From assembly GCA_017481825.1 (NCBI GenBank), contig JAFUOR010000020.1, positions 753-64,752 of the forward strand: a stretch of DNA of 64,000 nt. Direction: 5' to 3'. The notes under the pieces are model-generated. The model worked only from the letters and a program-made list of their open reading frames with translations, did not search any database and was not told the DNA's origin. Numbering within the stretch: the stretch's first letter is position 1; each line of letters begins with the position of its first letter. A program made the position numbers and the translations under genes. Shown piece by piece: positions 53,585 through 62,520 of the stretch. The stretch comes from Clostridia bacterium (GTDB lineage: Bacteria > Bacillota > Clostridia > Christensenellales > Aristaeellaceae).

Positions 53585-55099
53585 ATGAAACGCTTACTGA
53601 TCCTGCTGACCATCCTGCTGGGGCTGTGCTGCGTCGCCCATGCTGAGCAGCAGGCGGAGGAGGCTGCGCTGCAGGCAATGCTGGATGCCTACTCGGGGTA
53701 CACCATCCTGTCCTGCGACCAGTGGGGAAACACCGCCGCCGCAGCCCTGGGAAAGGGCGAGAAGCGCATCCTGTGCGTCGCGGAGAAGAACAAGGATGCA
53801 TGGGAATTGGTCATTTACAACCCTGCGGCCCTGCCCGATGGCGTTACGCCCAGCATCCACATGGATACGGACACAGCGCTGTTTTGGTCATACGAGGATG
53901 ACTACCACCATTACAGCTACACCAGCGTGAAGGAAAAGGACGTCTGGCGAGCGCCCAGCTGCATACAGTCCGATCTGCTGAGGGAAGACGCGATGTTACA
54001 TGACGAGCGTGAACACCATTGGGAAGACGGCCTGCTGTCCTACACGTTGTACAGGCGGGATCAGAACGAGAATCTTCATAGCATCCATCACTATGGTCCT
54101 TTTCCGGCAGCATGGCTGACGGTTTACAGCAGCCTGGCATCCTATGATGACAGCGTCTACCCCACAGCCGCCAAAGTCACCGATACCTCCTGGCTGAATC
54201 AGGATGCGCTGCTTCTCAGCGCGGCAGAAATCGCGCCGGAATACACCTTTGTGGACGGTGCAGCCACGGATGATGGTCTTGAATTGCTGATGCAGGGAGA
54301 AGACGGCTCGCTGCGGATGATCACCTGGGCCGTCGTGAATGGCACGCCGATCACCAACATCAGCGCCGCGCTGCCGGAGGGCACACGCTATGGCTCCAAG
54401 CATGTATGGCTTCCCACCCAGACGCTGGCGTGGCTGGGCCTTTATGCCGATGGTGTGTGGCACGTGAAGGACGTCTGCCCGGATACAGCGTGGGGCTCGC
54501 CGGTGCACATGGGCCGGAACTGGATTTCGGACTTCACAACATTCGGGGACAAGCGCTATGTGGGCGACCATCCCTGGAGCAGCCTGAGCATGGACTGGAG
54601 CACCCTTCCCACCACCCTGGACGAGGCGCTTGAATCCCTCGACGCCAGCCGCTGGGCTGTGGTGAACAACCCCGATCCTGCCGACCGCCTGCACCTGCGG
54701 GAACGGGCGAATAAGAATTCCGCCTCCACCGGCAAGTATTACAACGGCACCCCCGCAGAAGTGCTGCAAAAGGGCGACGTCTGGACGAGGGTGCGGGTTG
54801 CCGGCTGGACGGGCTGGATGATGACGAAGTACCTGGCCTTCGGCGAGGATGGCTGGGCGGTGGAGAACGCCTTCCCTCAGCTGAATTTCGTGGAGGGAGC
54901 ATCCACCTTCCCCGTCTGGAAGCCGGAAAGCATCCATGCAGACAAGAAAATCTCCTCCACCGGAGACTGGACGGTGGAAACAGGCGAGGACTTCTGCATC
55001 ATCGGCACTCTGGACGAGGAGTGGTATCACATCTGGTTCACCGACCTGGATGTGGGCGGCTATATGCGCCAAAGCGATTTCTGGCCGGGCAATGGCTGA
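53585..55099 (+). CDS. secreted protein with C-terminal SH3b-like domains
   Basis: Signal peptide MKRLLILLTILLGLCCVAHA after AGGAGGAA. The C-terminus (LHLRERANKNSASTGKYYNGTPAEVLQKGDVWTRVRVAGWTGWMMTKYL) resembles a bacterial SH3 domain. I do not recognise the N-terminal 330 aa. Confidence 0.7.
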   Translation: MKRLLILLTILLGLCCVAHAEQQAEEAALQAMLDAYSGYTILSCDQWGNTAAAALGKGEKRILCVAEKNKDAWELVIYNPAALPDGVTPSIHMDTDTALFWSYEDDYHHYSYTSVKEKDVWRAPSCIQSDLLREDAMLHDEREHHWEDGLLSYTLYRRDQNENLHSIHHYGPFPAAWLTVYSSLASYDDSVYPTAAKVTDTSWLNQDALLLSAAEIAPEYTFVDGAATDDGLELLMQGEDGSLRMITWAVVNGTPITNISAALPEGTRYGSKHVWLPTQTLAWLGLYADGVWHVKDVCPDTAWGSPVHMGRNWISDFTTFGDKRYVGDHPWSSLSMDWSTLPTTLDEALESLDASRWAVVNNPDPADRLHLRERANKNSASTGKYYNGTPAEVLQKGDVWTRVRVAGWTGWMMTKYLAFGEDGWAVENAFPQLNFVEGASTFPVWKPESIHADKKISSTGDWTVETGEDFCIIGTLDEEWYHIWFTDLDVGGYMRQSDFWPGNG

Positions 55100-55717
55100 T
55101 GGTCTGCTGTTAGCAAATGATTCAGTGATGGCACTGCGATTCCACCTTGCGCTTTGTGAAACCAAACTCTTTGTCCATGGATTCTTTCGGTAAGGCTAAT
55201 CATCTCTTGGGTGCCACGGGAACGAATCAAATCCCAGGCAGAGACTCCGGCTTTGGTTTTTGCATATACAGCCTGGCTCGACGCGCCTTGAATACAGGCA
55301 GACAGGAAGGCTTTGGTTTCCTCATTGCAGTTTGATGGGATCATTATGGCAAAAACCATTGAATGCAAACCGTTCATTCCCCGCCGACCGGCAACACCCA
55401 AATCAGAGCCTGCTTCCAACAGCGCACACCCCAAGCAAGTAGCACCGGGGCTGCCGATTCGAGACGCCAACAAGTTTATCTCATTACCGTTAGTGACAAT
55501 CGAGGATGTATGCCGATCGCCTTTTTGATATGCAGTGCGACGCCAAATTTTCGTTACTGATCAAAGGTGCTTTGATGCTGTCACCATATTTGCGCAAACA
55601 TTCGTCCAATTGTTCAAATGCAACCTGGAGCCTCGACATTGCATCCAAAACTGACTGATCCGTACCACATCGCACCTCGCGCATAACATCCCTATCCTGC
55701 ATTGTATTATCTTCCAC
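55060..55717 (-). pseudogene. possible frameshifted ankyrin-repeat-like gene in a low-GC patch
   Basis: Two consecutive minus-strand ORFs in different frames (55490..55717 and 55060..55473). The second continues open upstream to about 55556. It contains ankyrin-like strings (ALLEAGSDLGVAGRRGMNGLH, GVSAWDLIRSRGTQEMISL). It overlaps the convergent upstream gene by 40 nt. Confidence 0.3.
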
Positions 55718-55825
55718 AATATGCGCCTCATCTCTTTTCTATGCTTGTGCGACAAATTCAAACCTGGAAGTTCGGGATCCAGCGTCAGCCCATGCGCGCC
55801 ACCGTTTGCCTTCCTTGATTCCCCA

Positions 55826-57298
55826 TCAATTGAAGCTCGGCAGTTCATCCAGCGTGATGAAATAATCGCTCTGATAAATCTCCTTCAATGATGCGGGCGT
55901 GTTGCTCTTGCCATCGGTCAGATAGGTGGTATGCCACACCATGAACATCAGCCACGGTGCGTTGGCACTCTCCATTTGCGCCTCCGTCGGAATGCTGCCG
56001 CACTCATGGAACACGATTGGCATGCCCTCTGCGGCAATGGATTCAACCTCCTGATACAGTCGGCCATTCGCACCGGGGGAATAGCTGTCTGCACCGATGA
56101 GATCCACATAATCATCGCCGGGATACCACGCTGCCATGTTGCCGCCGTTGCCGGAATAGCCCAGCAGCCAGATCAGATTGTCCAGCCCCCAGTAATCGGT
56201 GTAGCGGCTGTACATCAGCTGCCACAGCTTCACAAAGGACTCACTGCCGCCCTTGGACCACCAGAACCAGCCGCCATCCAGCTCGTGGAAGGGCCGCCAC
56301 AGCACTGGCACACCGGCATCCTCCAACTGCTGCAGGTAGGGCACCGCCCGGTCCATATCCGCAAGCAGCTTGGCATATTCGGACGTTCCCGGCGTGAGAG
56401 CTGCCTCCCAGTTCAGGTTGTGCGCCTTGCTTTCATTGTAGCCGGAAGCAAAATCGCTGCCGGTATGCCAGCAGATGTGCGGAATGCCGCCCTTCTCCCA
56501 CCACTGGATGGAGCGATCCACCACGCCCTGGAAATCATTGTGCATAAAGTCCAGCCCACGGATCGCAGGCAGCTCACCAGTGTGCTTTTCAACGAAGTCC
56601 ATTTCATAATCCGGAGAGCTCATCCAGGTGGATTCCATCTGACCAGTCAGGCAATAGCTGCCCCAGATCTGCTGGAGGTATGCATACACCCTTTGGGCCG
56701 CCGGGATGGCGTTTTCATTGGAAAGATCGCCGTCATAGGTATGGATGATCTTTTCTGATTCTGCCACCAGCGCAAGATGCGCCTGCATTTCAGCCGCCAC
56801 ATCCGCGTTCAGGAAATACAGCCCCGCAATACGGCCTCCATTCCAGGCACCGAGGGCAAACTGCTTCACGTCCGCAGGCGCGGAAACGCCGCCCCTGGCA
56901 GCCAGTTCACCCACGGAGATCACCATCAGCCGCTCCTTGTCCGGCTGATCAGACACGGCAGCAATGTCCTCCTGCTTGTTGTTTACACTCAGGCCCAGCA
57001 CACCCCAACCACCATGGGTCACATCGTCGCAGGCCCAGACCAGGGCCACAGCATCCTCAGGAGAAGCGCCCGTGAGCCAGGTAATGTCGGCAGGATAGTA
57101 GCCCTGATTGGTCTTACCGGAATAGAGCAGCGTCCCCTTTTCCAAAATGGCGGCCTGAACCGCAAGGCACTCCGCCTCATCCATGCTGTTGCGTACAGCC
57201 GGAGCCTCGACAGGCGTCCAGACCGCCTCCTCCGCACCCGCACAGCAGCAAGCAAGAACCAGCATCAGGGCAACCACTAAGCTCAGAATACGTTTCAT
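55826..57298 (-). CDS. secreted glycoside hydrolase family 26 (beta-mannanase-like) with an extra N-terminal domain
   Basis: GH26-like blocks (IRGLDFMHND, GGIPHICWH, VLWRPFHELDGGWFWW). Signal peptide MKRILSLVVALMLVLACCCAGA. ATG at 57298, 6 nt after AGGAGG. About 190 aa lie between the signal peptide and the catalytic domain. Confidence 0.85.
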   Translation of the reverse strand: MKRILSLVVALMLVLACCCAGAEEAVWTPVEAPAVRNSMDEAECLAVQAAILEKGTLLYSGKTNQGYYPADITWLTGASPEDAVALVWACDDVTHGGWGVLGLSVNNKQEDIAAVSDQPDKERLMVISVGELAARGGVSAPADVKQFALGAWNGGRIAGLYFLNADVAAEMQAHLALVAESEKIIHTYDGDLSNENAIPAAQRVYAYLQQIWGSYCLTGQMESTWMSSPDYEMDFVEKHTGELPAIRGLDFMHNDFQGVVDRSIQWWEKGGIPHICWHTGSDFASGYNESKAHNLNWEAALTPGTSEYAKLLADMDRAVPYLQQLEDAGVPVLWRPFHELDGGWFWWSKGGSESFVKLWQLMYSRYTDYWGLDNLIWLLGYSGNGGNMAAWYPGDDYVDLIGADSYSPGANGRLYQEVESIAAEGMPIVFHECGSIPTEAQMESANAPWLMFMVWHTTYLTDGKSNTPASLKEIYQSDYFITLDELPSFN

Positions 57299-57392
57299 TT
57301 TCATCCTCCTTTGGAAGCCGAACTTCACCGCGACGAACGAAGTCATGTGTTTGTGAACTGTGCCATGAAACAACTTCCCTCAATAATATGAT

Positions 57393-57421
57393 ATCATAAC
57401 ATGAAGACCGCATAGTTTCAA
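57393..57421 (-). promoter_or_regulatory. putative promoter of the GH26 gene
   Basis: Minus strand TTGAAA - 17 nt - TATGAT with a TG extended -10. Confidence 0.45.
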
Positions 57422-57447
57422 TAGCAAATTTGGAACAGGCCTCCATG

Positions 57448-57810
57448 TCATTCTGCCTGTACAACGGCTTCCTTCATGGCCTTCACATACGCGCCCGCAA
57501 TTGACGCTTGGGGCTGGCCGGTTTGATCAGCAGGCCGAAGATGTTGAACACCACGCAGAAGCGGAGTTTTCCGGCCTTCATTTCGCCGTTCATGCAGGTG
57601 ATCTCCGGCTTTGGATCGAAGCCAAGGAATGTACAGCAGCCCCGTTTTTTCTGCTCCGTCACCGATTCCGGCAGGCAGCAGTGGGGGGATACGCAACGTC
57701 TCGATGGGCATGAGGACGCCCCAGAGCATTTCGCAGCTCGCGGGGAGCATCCTGCACTCGCCGGATGCGGCGATGTGCCTGACTTCCTCGATACCGGGTC
57801 TGACCTTCAT
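57448..57810 (-). pseudogene. trpE: truncated, frameshifted anthranilate synthase component I relic
   Basis: Frame 1 reads MKVRPGIEEVRHIAASGECRMLPASCEMLWGVLMPIETLRI. A second frame then reads HCCLPESVTEQKKRGCCTFLGFDPKPEITCMNGEMK. Together these match the conserved TrpE N-terminus (..TPIE.LR......HCFLLES....GRYSFLGFDP..). Only about 120 of about 490 codons remain. A GGAGGTG RBS is retained. Confidence 0.6.
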
Positions 57811-57823
57811 AACGACACCTCCA

Positions 57824-57858
57824 AACAAAAAGTTCCTCTGACTTCCGCCCGAGGAACG
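57824..57858 (-). terminator. attenuator-like terminator hairpin in the trpE relic leader
   Basis: Minus strand GTTCCTC - 12-nt loop - GAGGAAC followed by TTTTTG, ending about 15 nt before the RBS. Confidence 0.5.
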
Positions 57859-58038
57859 AAAAACGTCCCTGACAGAAATCCACTCTCTGTCAAGGACGAA
57901 TAATTCAAATATACTATCCGAGATACTCCCTTGATTCACGGCCAAAACAGCCCTGCACTCAGCGAAGTACCAACACACCTCCAGCAACTGACGTATGACC
58001 GCACGTTATACTACTTCTTTACGACTTTTCTCCCATCC

Positions 58039-58680
58039 TTAAATGAAGTATTCCACTGTCTTCTCTGCCGTTTGTCTGGTTGTCTGGTTATACAGCAGCA
58101 TGGCCTCGCGGATGGCAAACTCACCCATGCTGTAATTGTCATGCGTTTGCGCATCCAGAATATCAGCGCGAACGATGCGGTTCATCACGCAGGGCTGCCC
58201 CTCCACGATGCGGATGCCGTTTGCCTGCAGCTTCTCGGCAGAAAAGCCCTCCGGGTGGACGGCGTAGGGGTCGAACAGGCCAATCTCATCGCCCAGTGCG
58301 CGGGTCAGCAGCACATAATGCCCGTCACCGCCCAGATAGCAGCGGATCACGGCCACGCCGCCCTGCTGCAGGCAGCTGACGATGGCGCTGTTGGGCTGGA
58401 TGCGAACCTGCTCCTCCTTCAGGAACGTAGCGGAGATGGGGAATTTTTTGCACTTGCCATACTGCTCGAACCAGTTGGCAAGGAACTGCATCGCCATGGC
58501 GGAGGTACCGCTTTTGCCGCTTTCGCCCTCGGCGTTGTAGGCGTCCAGCGTGTAGAGCGCAATAGTCTTAAGCATCTCCGGGGCGATCTCGCAGCGCTCG
58601 AAGAGATAGCGCAGCGCGTTGGTCAGCGTCGTGGGGCCGCAGTCGTATTCGCTGCTCTGGTAATTCAGCACATTCTTCAT
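58039..58680 (-). CDS. C39-like (papain-fold) cysteine peptidase, cytoplasmic
   Basis: 213 aa with no signal peptide. Candidate catalytic Cys in YQSSEYDCGPTTLTNAL and candidate His in GGDGHYVLL, followed by LFDPY. GGGAGGAA RBS. Starts 22 nt after the permease gene stop. Confidence 0.7.
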   Translation of the reverse strand: MKNVLNYQSSEYDCGPTTLTNALRYLFERCEIAPEMLKTIALYTLDAYNAEGESGKSGTSAMAMQFLANWFEQYGKCKKFPISATFLKEEQVRIQPNSAIVSCLQQGGVAVIRCYLGGDGHYVLLTRALGDEIGLFDPYAVHPEGFSAEKLQANGIRIVEGQPCVMNRIVRADILDAQTHDNYSMGEFAIREAMLLYNQTTRQTAEKTVEYFI

Positions 58681-58702
58681 GGTCTGTTCCTCCCATATTG
58701 CG

Positions 58703-59554
58703 TCAGCCGCGTTCGGTGTTTCGCGGATCCATCGCGTCGCGCAGGGCGTCGCCGATAAAGTAGATACAGATCACAAGGACAATGATCAGAATGCCTGCTG
58801 GCAGCCACAGCCAGGGCTTGCCAGTGAGGATGGAGATGGATTCCGCGCCGTTGAGAAGATTGCCCAGGGACGCCGTGGGCGCCTGCACGCCCATGCCAAG
58901 GTAGCTCAGCGCCGCCTCATCCAGAATAGAGATGGCAAAGACGCTGGTAGCATACACCAGCACAGGGGCGATGGTGTTGGGCAACACCTCCGAAAAGAGG
59001 ATGTAGCGCCGAGGCATGCCAGCAGCGATATCGCCCTTGAAGAAATTCGTTTCCCGCAGGGAAAGAACGTTGCCGCGAACCAATCGCGTCACGCCGGGCC
59101 AGTCCACAAAGCCCAGGATAAGGATGATGCTCCACATGCCCGGCTCAAAAATGGCCGCTGCCACCAGCACCAGCAGGATGTAGGGAAAGGACATGACCAT
59201 GTCCGTGACGCTCATGATGAGCTGATCCACCCAGCCGCCGAAATATCCGGCGAGGAGGCCCAGCACCACACCGATCACCGTGGAGATCAGCGTTGCCAGT
59301 GCGCCTACCAGCAGCGACACGCGGGTGGCATAGAGCAGCCGGCTAAGTACATCCCGGCCGATCTGATCCGTACCCAGCCAGTGCTCTGCATTCGGAGGCT
59401 TGGAGAATCCGCCGGAAATCTTCGTGGGGCTGTAGGGCGCGATCACCGGGGCAAGGATCGCCAGCAGGGAGATCAGCGTCAACAGGATGAGACTGACCAG
59501 CGCCAGACGGTGCTTGGCGAATCGCCTGAATACAATCAGCAGATGGTTATTCAT
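58703..59554 (-). CDS. ABC transporter permease (DppC/OppC type)
   Basis: 283 aa, OppC-like N-terminus and BPD-transport domain. Confidence 0.9.
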   Translation of the reverse strand: MNNHLLIVFRRFAKHRLALVSLILLTLISLLAILAPVIAPYSPTKISGGFSKPPNAEHWLGTDQIGRDVLSRLLYATRVSLLVGALATLISTVIGVVLGLLAGYFGGWVDQLIMSVTDMVMSFPYILLVLVAAAIFEPGMWSIILILGFVDWPGVTRLVRGNVLSLRETNFFKGDIAAGMPRRYILFSEVLPNTIAPVLVYATSVFAISILDEAALSYLGMGVQAPTASLGNLLNGAESISILTGKPWLWLPAGILIIVLVICIYFIGDALRDAMDPRNTERG

Positions 59555-59569
59555 GACTGCACCGCCCTT

Positions 59570-60523
59570 TCAGTACTTGATCGTGGGGTCAACGAGCGCG
59601 TAGACGATATCCGTCAGCAAATTGGCGGCCAGCACCACCACCGCAGAAAGCAGACACACGCCCATAATGACCGGGTAATCACGCCCGGTAATCGCATTCA
59701 TCGCCACCAGCCCCAGCCCCGGCCAGGAGAAGATCTGCTCCACGATCACCGCGCCGCCAAAGAGCATCGGGATCTGCATGCCGATCACCGTCACGATGGG
59801 CAGCAGCGCATTGCGCAGGGCATGCTTGTTGATCACCAGAAAGCGTCCCATGCCCTTGGCCTTGGCCGTGCGCAGGTAATCCATCTCGAGGATTTCCAGC
59901 ACGGCGGAGCGGATGTAGCGGATGTTGCTGCCCGCAAGGGACACCGCCAGCACCAGCACCGGCATCACCATATGCTGCGCCACATCGAGGAAGTCGCCGC
60001 CGGTCCCTGGCGTTGCCATACCGCTGGAAGGCAGCCAGCCCAGACGAACGGTGAAAATGTAGATCAGGATCAGCGCCAGAAAGAAGCTGGGTACGCTGGA
60101 GCCGACGAACGACGCCGTCACGACGGCAAAGTCCCGCTTCTGGTAACGGTGCACGGCGCTGTAAATACCAACGGGAATGGCAATCAGAAAGGCGACGAGC
60201 ATCGACACGCCCATGAGCAGCAGGGTCGGCGCAATATGGCTGCCAATCATGTCAGATACAGCCTCGTAGCTCTTGTAGGAATAGCCCAGATTTCCCTGAA
60301 GCACCTGCCCCAACCATGTGAGATACTGCACGAAAAACGGCTGATCCAGCCCCAGCTTTTCCGCCTTGAAGGCGATGGCCTCCTGCGTGACCCTCGGCCC
60401 GGCCATCATGTCCAGCGGGTTTCCGGCAAGGCTCATCAGCAGATAGTCAATGATGGTGATGCCCAGCAGCACAGGGATGGCCAGCAGGATTTTCTTGATG
60501 ACATACCGGCGCAAATCATTCAC
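59570..60523 (-). CDS. ABC transporter permease (DppB/OppB type)
   Basis: 317 aa (RRYVIKKILLAIPVLLGITII...), DppB-like. Confidence 0.9.
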   Translation of the reverse strand: MNDLRRYVIKKILLAIPVLLGITIIDYLLMSLAGNPLDMMAGPRVTQEAIAFKAEKLGLDQPFFVQYLTWLGQVLQGNLGYSYKSYEAVSDMIGSHIAPTLLLMGVSMLVAFLIAIPVGIYSAVHRYQKRDFAVVTASFVGSSVPSFFLALILIYIFTVRLGWLPSSGMATPGTGGDFLDVAQHMVMPVLVLAVSLAGSNIRYIRSAVLEILEMDYLRTAKAKGMGRFLVINKHALRNALLPIVTVIGMQIPMLFGGAVIVEQIFSWPGLGLVAMNAITGRDYPVIMGVCLLSAVVVLAANLLTDIVYALVDPTIKY

Positions 60524-61511
60524 CCCTTTCCTGCGTTCCCGCCATGCAGACGGACAAATGCCCCGGTCTTCCCGCTGCTGTCATGGTACAGCTCGCATGC
60601 GCGCACTGCGAAGTCGCATACGGGCAGCGCCGGCGGAAGGCGCAGCCCTCCGTCCAGTCTGTATGGCCGATTTCGCCGCGTAGCACAATGCGTTCGCGAT
60701 TGCGGGCGTCATAGTCGGCCAGAGGCGCAGCATCCAGCAGCGCGCGGGTGTAGGGATGCACCGGGTGACGGAACAGCTCCTGAGAATCGCCGGTTTCCAC
60801 GATTCTCCCCCGGTACATCACGGCAATCCGGTGGCTGATGTAGTGCACCGCCCCCAGTCCGTGCCCAATGAACAGGTAGGAAACGCCGAGTTTTTCCTGC
60901 AAATCCCGCAGCAGGTTCAATATCTGCGCCTGAACGGATACGTCCAGCGCGCTGACTGGCTCGTCAAGGATGATCAGTTCGGGATCAAGCGACAGCGCCT
61001 TGGCGATGCAGATGCGCTGTCGCTGGCCGCCGGAAAATTCATGAGGATAGCGCAGCTTGGCGCTGGGAGACAGACCGACCATGTCCAGCAGCGCGTCGAT
61101 GCGGGCGTCTACCTTATCCTTGGCAACGATGCGGTGATAGAGCATTGGCTCCCGCAGAATATCCACCACGCGTTTGCGACCATTGAGGCTGGATCCACTG
61201 TCCTGAAAGACCATCTGAAAACGTGGGCGCAGAGACCGAAGGCTGCGCTCGGGCAGCTGATCGATGCGCGTGTCATGGAAGAAGACGCTGCCTGCATCCG
61301 GCTTTTCAAGCCCCATCACCATCCGGGCGACGGTGGATTTGCCGCACCCGGATTCACCGACGATGCCCAGCGTTTCGCCCCTGTACAGCTCGAAGCTGAC
61401 ACGCTGCACTGCATGGTTCATTGCGCGGCTGAACAGGCGGTTCTTCTCAGGCTCGGGGTAGTTCCTGCTCAGCTCGCGTACCGTAAGGATGGGCGTATGC
61501 TCATTCTGCAT
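60516..61511 (-). CDS. ABC transporter ATP-binding protein (DppF/OppF type)
   Basis: Walker [10 protein letters not shown] and signature FSGGQRQR. C-terminal oligopeptide-type Cys-rich tail. Confidence 0.9.
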   Translation of the reverse strand: MQNEHTPILTVRELSRNYPEPEKNRLFSRAMNHAVQRVSFELYRGETLGIVGESGCGKSTVARMVMGLEKPDAGSVFFHDTRIDQLPERSLRSLRPRFQMVFQDSGSSLNGRKRVVDILREPMLYHRIVAKDKVDARIDALLDMVGLSPSAKLRYPHEFSGGQRQRICIAKALSLDPELIILDEPVSALDVSVQAQILNLLRDLQEKLGVSYLFIGHGLGAVHYISHRIAVMYRGRIVETGDSQELFRHPVHPYTRALLDAAPLADYDARNRERIVLRGEIGHTDWTEGCAFRRRCPYATSQCAHASCTMTAAGRPGHLSVCMAGTQERGE

Positions 61512-62487
61512 CGTTTGTCTGCCTCCTCATCAGGATTGCGCAGCATGCCACCTCATGTCCGGGGCCAATCTCGACCCGCTGGGCATTCCGGCAGCAGATA
61601 TCCCCATATGGGCAGCGCGGCGCAAACCGGCAGCCGGTGATGGACTGATACTCCTCCGGCACCGTACCGGGGATCGACGTAAGGCGCTGGCTTCGGTCAT
61701 CATGGATGCCGGGCACGGCCTTCAAAAGCGCCTGGGTATAGGGGTGGGCGGGTTCAGCCAGAAGATTGCGGGTATCGGCCCTTTCCACGCACTGACCGGC
61801 GTACATGACCACCACCCGATCGGCCATCTCCGCCACCACACCGATATCATGGGTGATGAGCAGAATCGCCATGCCGGTCTCATCGCGCAGCTGTTTGAGC
61901 AGCTGCATGATCTGCAGTTGAATGGTCACGTCCAGCGCGGTGGTGGGTTCGTCGGCAATGAGCAGCTTGGGCTTGCAGGCCAGCGCCATGGCGATCATCA
62001 CCCTCTGGCGCATGCCGCCGGAGAGCTGGTGAGGAAACTTGTGCATGACGGTTTCCGGCTGGGTGATGCCGGTCTTTTGCAAAAGCTCCACAGAGAGGGC
62101 CTCTGCATCTTTTTGCTTGTAGTGCAGATGGCGGCGGATGACCTCCGTCATCTGATTGCCGATGGTGAACACGGGGTTGAGGCTGTACATAATATCCTGA
62201 AAGACCATGGCGATTTCACTGCCACGGATGGCGTCCAGCTCCCTCTCCCGCAGCTTCAGCAGGTCGCACCCCTGATAGAGAATTTCACCCTTCGTCACCC
62301 GGCCCGGACGGCTGAGCAGCCCCAGCACAGAAAGGGCAGTTATGCTCTTGCCGCACCCAGATTCGCCCACCAGGCACAGGATCTCGCCGGGCTTCACATC
62401 AAAGCTGACCTGATCCGTACACCTGACTTGGCGCTTCCCATGGAAGAAGGAAACCTCCAGATCCTTGACTTCAAGCAATGGCTTCAT
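61501..62487 (-). CDS. ABC transporter ATP-binding protein (DppD/OppD type)
   Basis: Walker A GESGCGKS and signature LSGGMRQR. Overlaps the next gene by 11 nt. Confidence 0.9.
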   Translation of the reverse strand: MKPLLEVKDLEVSFFHGKRQVRCTDQVSFDVKPGEILCLVGESGCGKSITALSVLGLLSRPGRVTKGEILYQGCDLLKLRERELDAIRGSEIAMVFQDIMYSLNPVFTIGNQMTEVIRRHLHYKQKDAEALSVELLQKTGITQPETVMHKFPHQLSGGMRQRVMIAMALACKPKLLIADEPTTALDVTIQLQIMQLLKQLRDETGMAILLITHDIGVVAEMADRVVVMYAGQCVERADTRNLLAEPAHPYTQALLKAVPGIHDDRSQRLTSIPGTVPEEYQSITGCRFAPRCPYGDICCRNAQRVEIGPGHEVACCAILMRRQTNDAE

Positions 62488-62520
62488 CGCATAACTGCCT
62501 TTCTATGCTGTTTTGTGGAA

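Noticed and set aside
57448-57987. 179-aa minus-strand ORF treated as an intact gene.
   Set aside because: Only its middle part (from MKVRPG) resembles TrpE. The upstream part reads through the leader, and the downstream part is out of frame relative to the TrpE-like continuation. I interpret it as a pseudogene relic.
57811-58038. Search for a tRNA-Trp T-box riboswitch in the trpE relic leader.
   Set aside because: A terminator hairpin, an AGAGAGUGGA string and a GGTACTTCG-like string are present. Their order and spacing do not fit the stem I / specifier / T-box-antiterminator layout, and I cannot run a covariance model. A T-box is not claimed.
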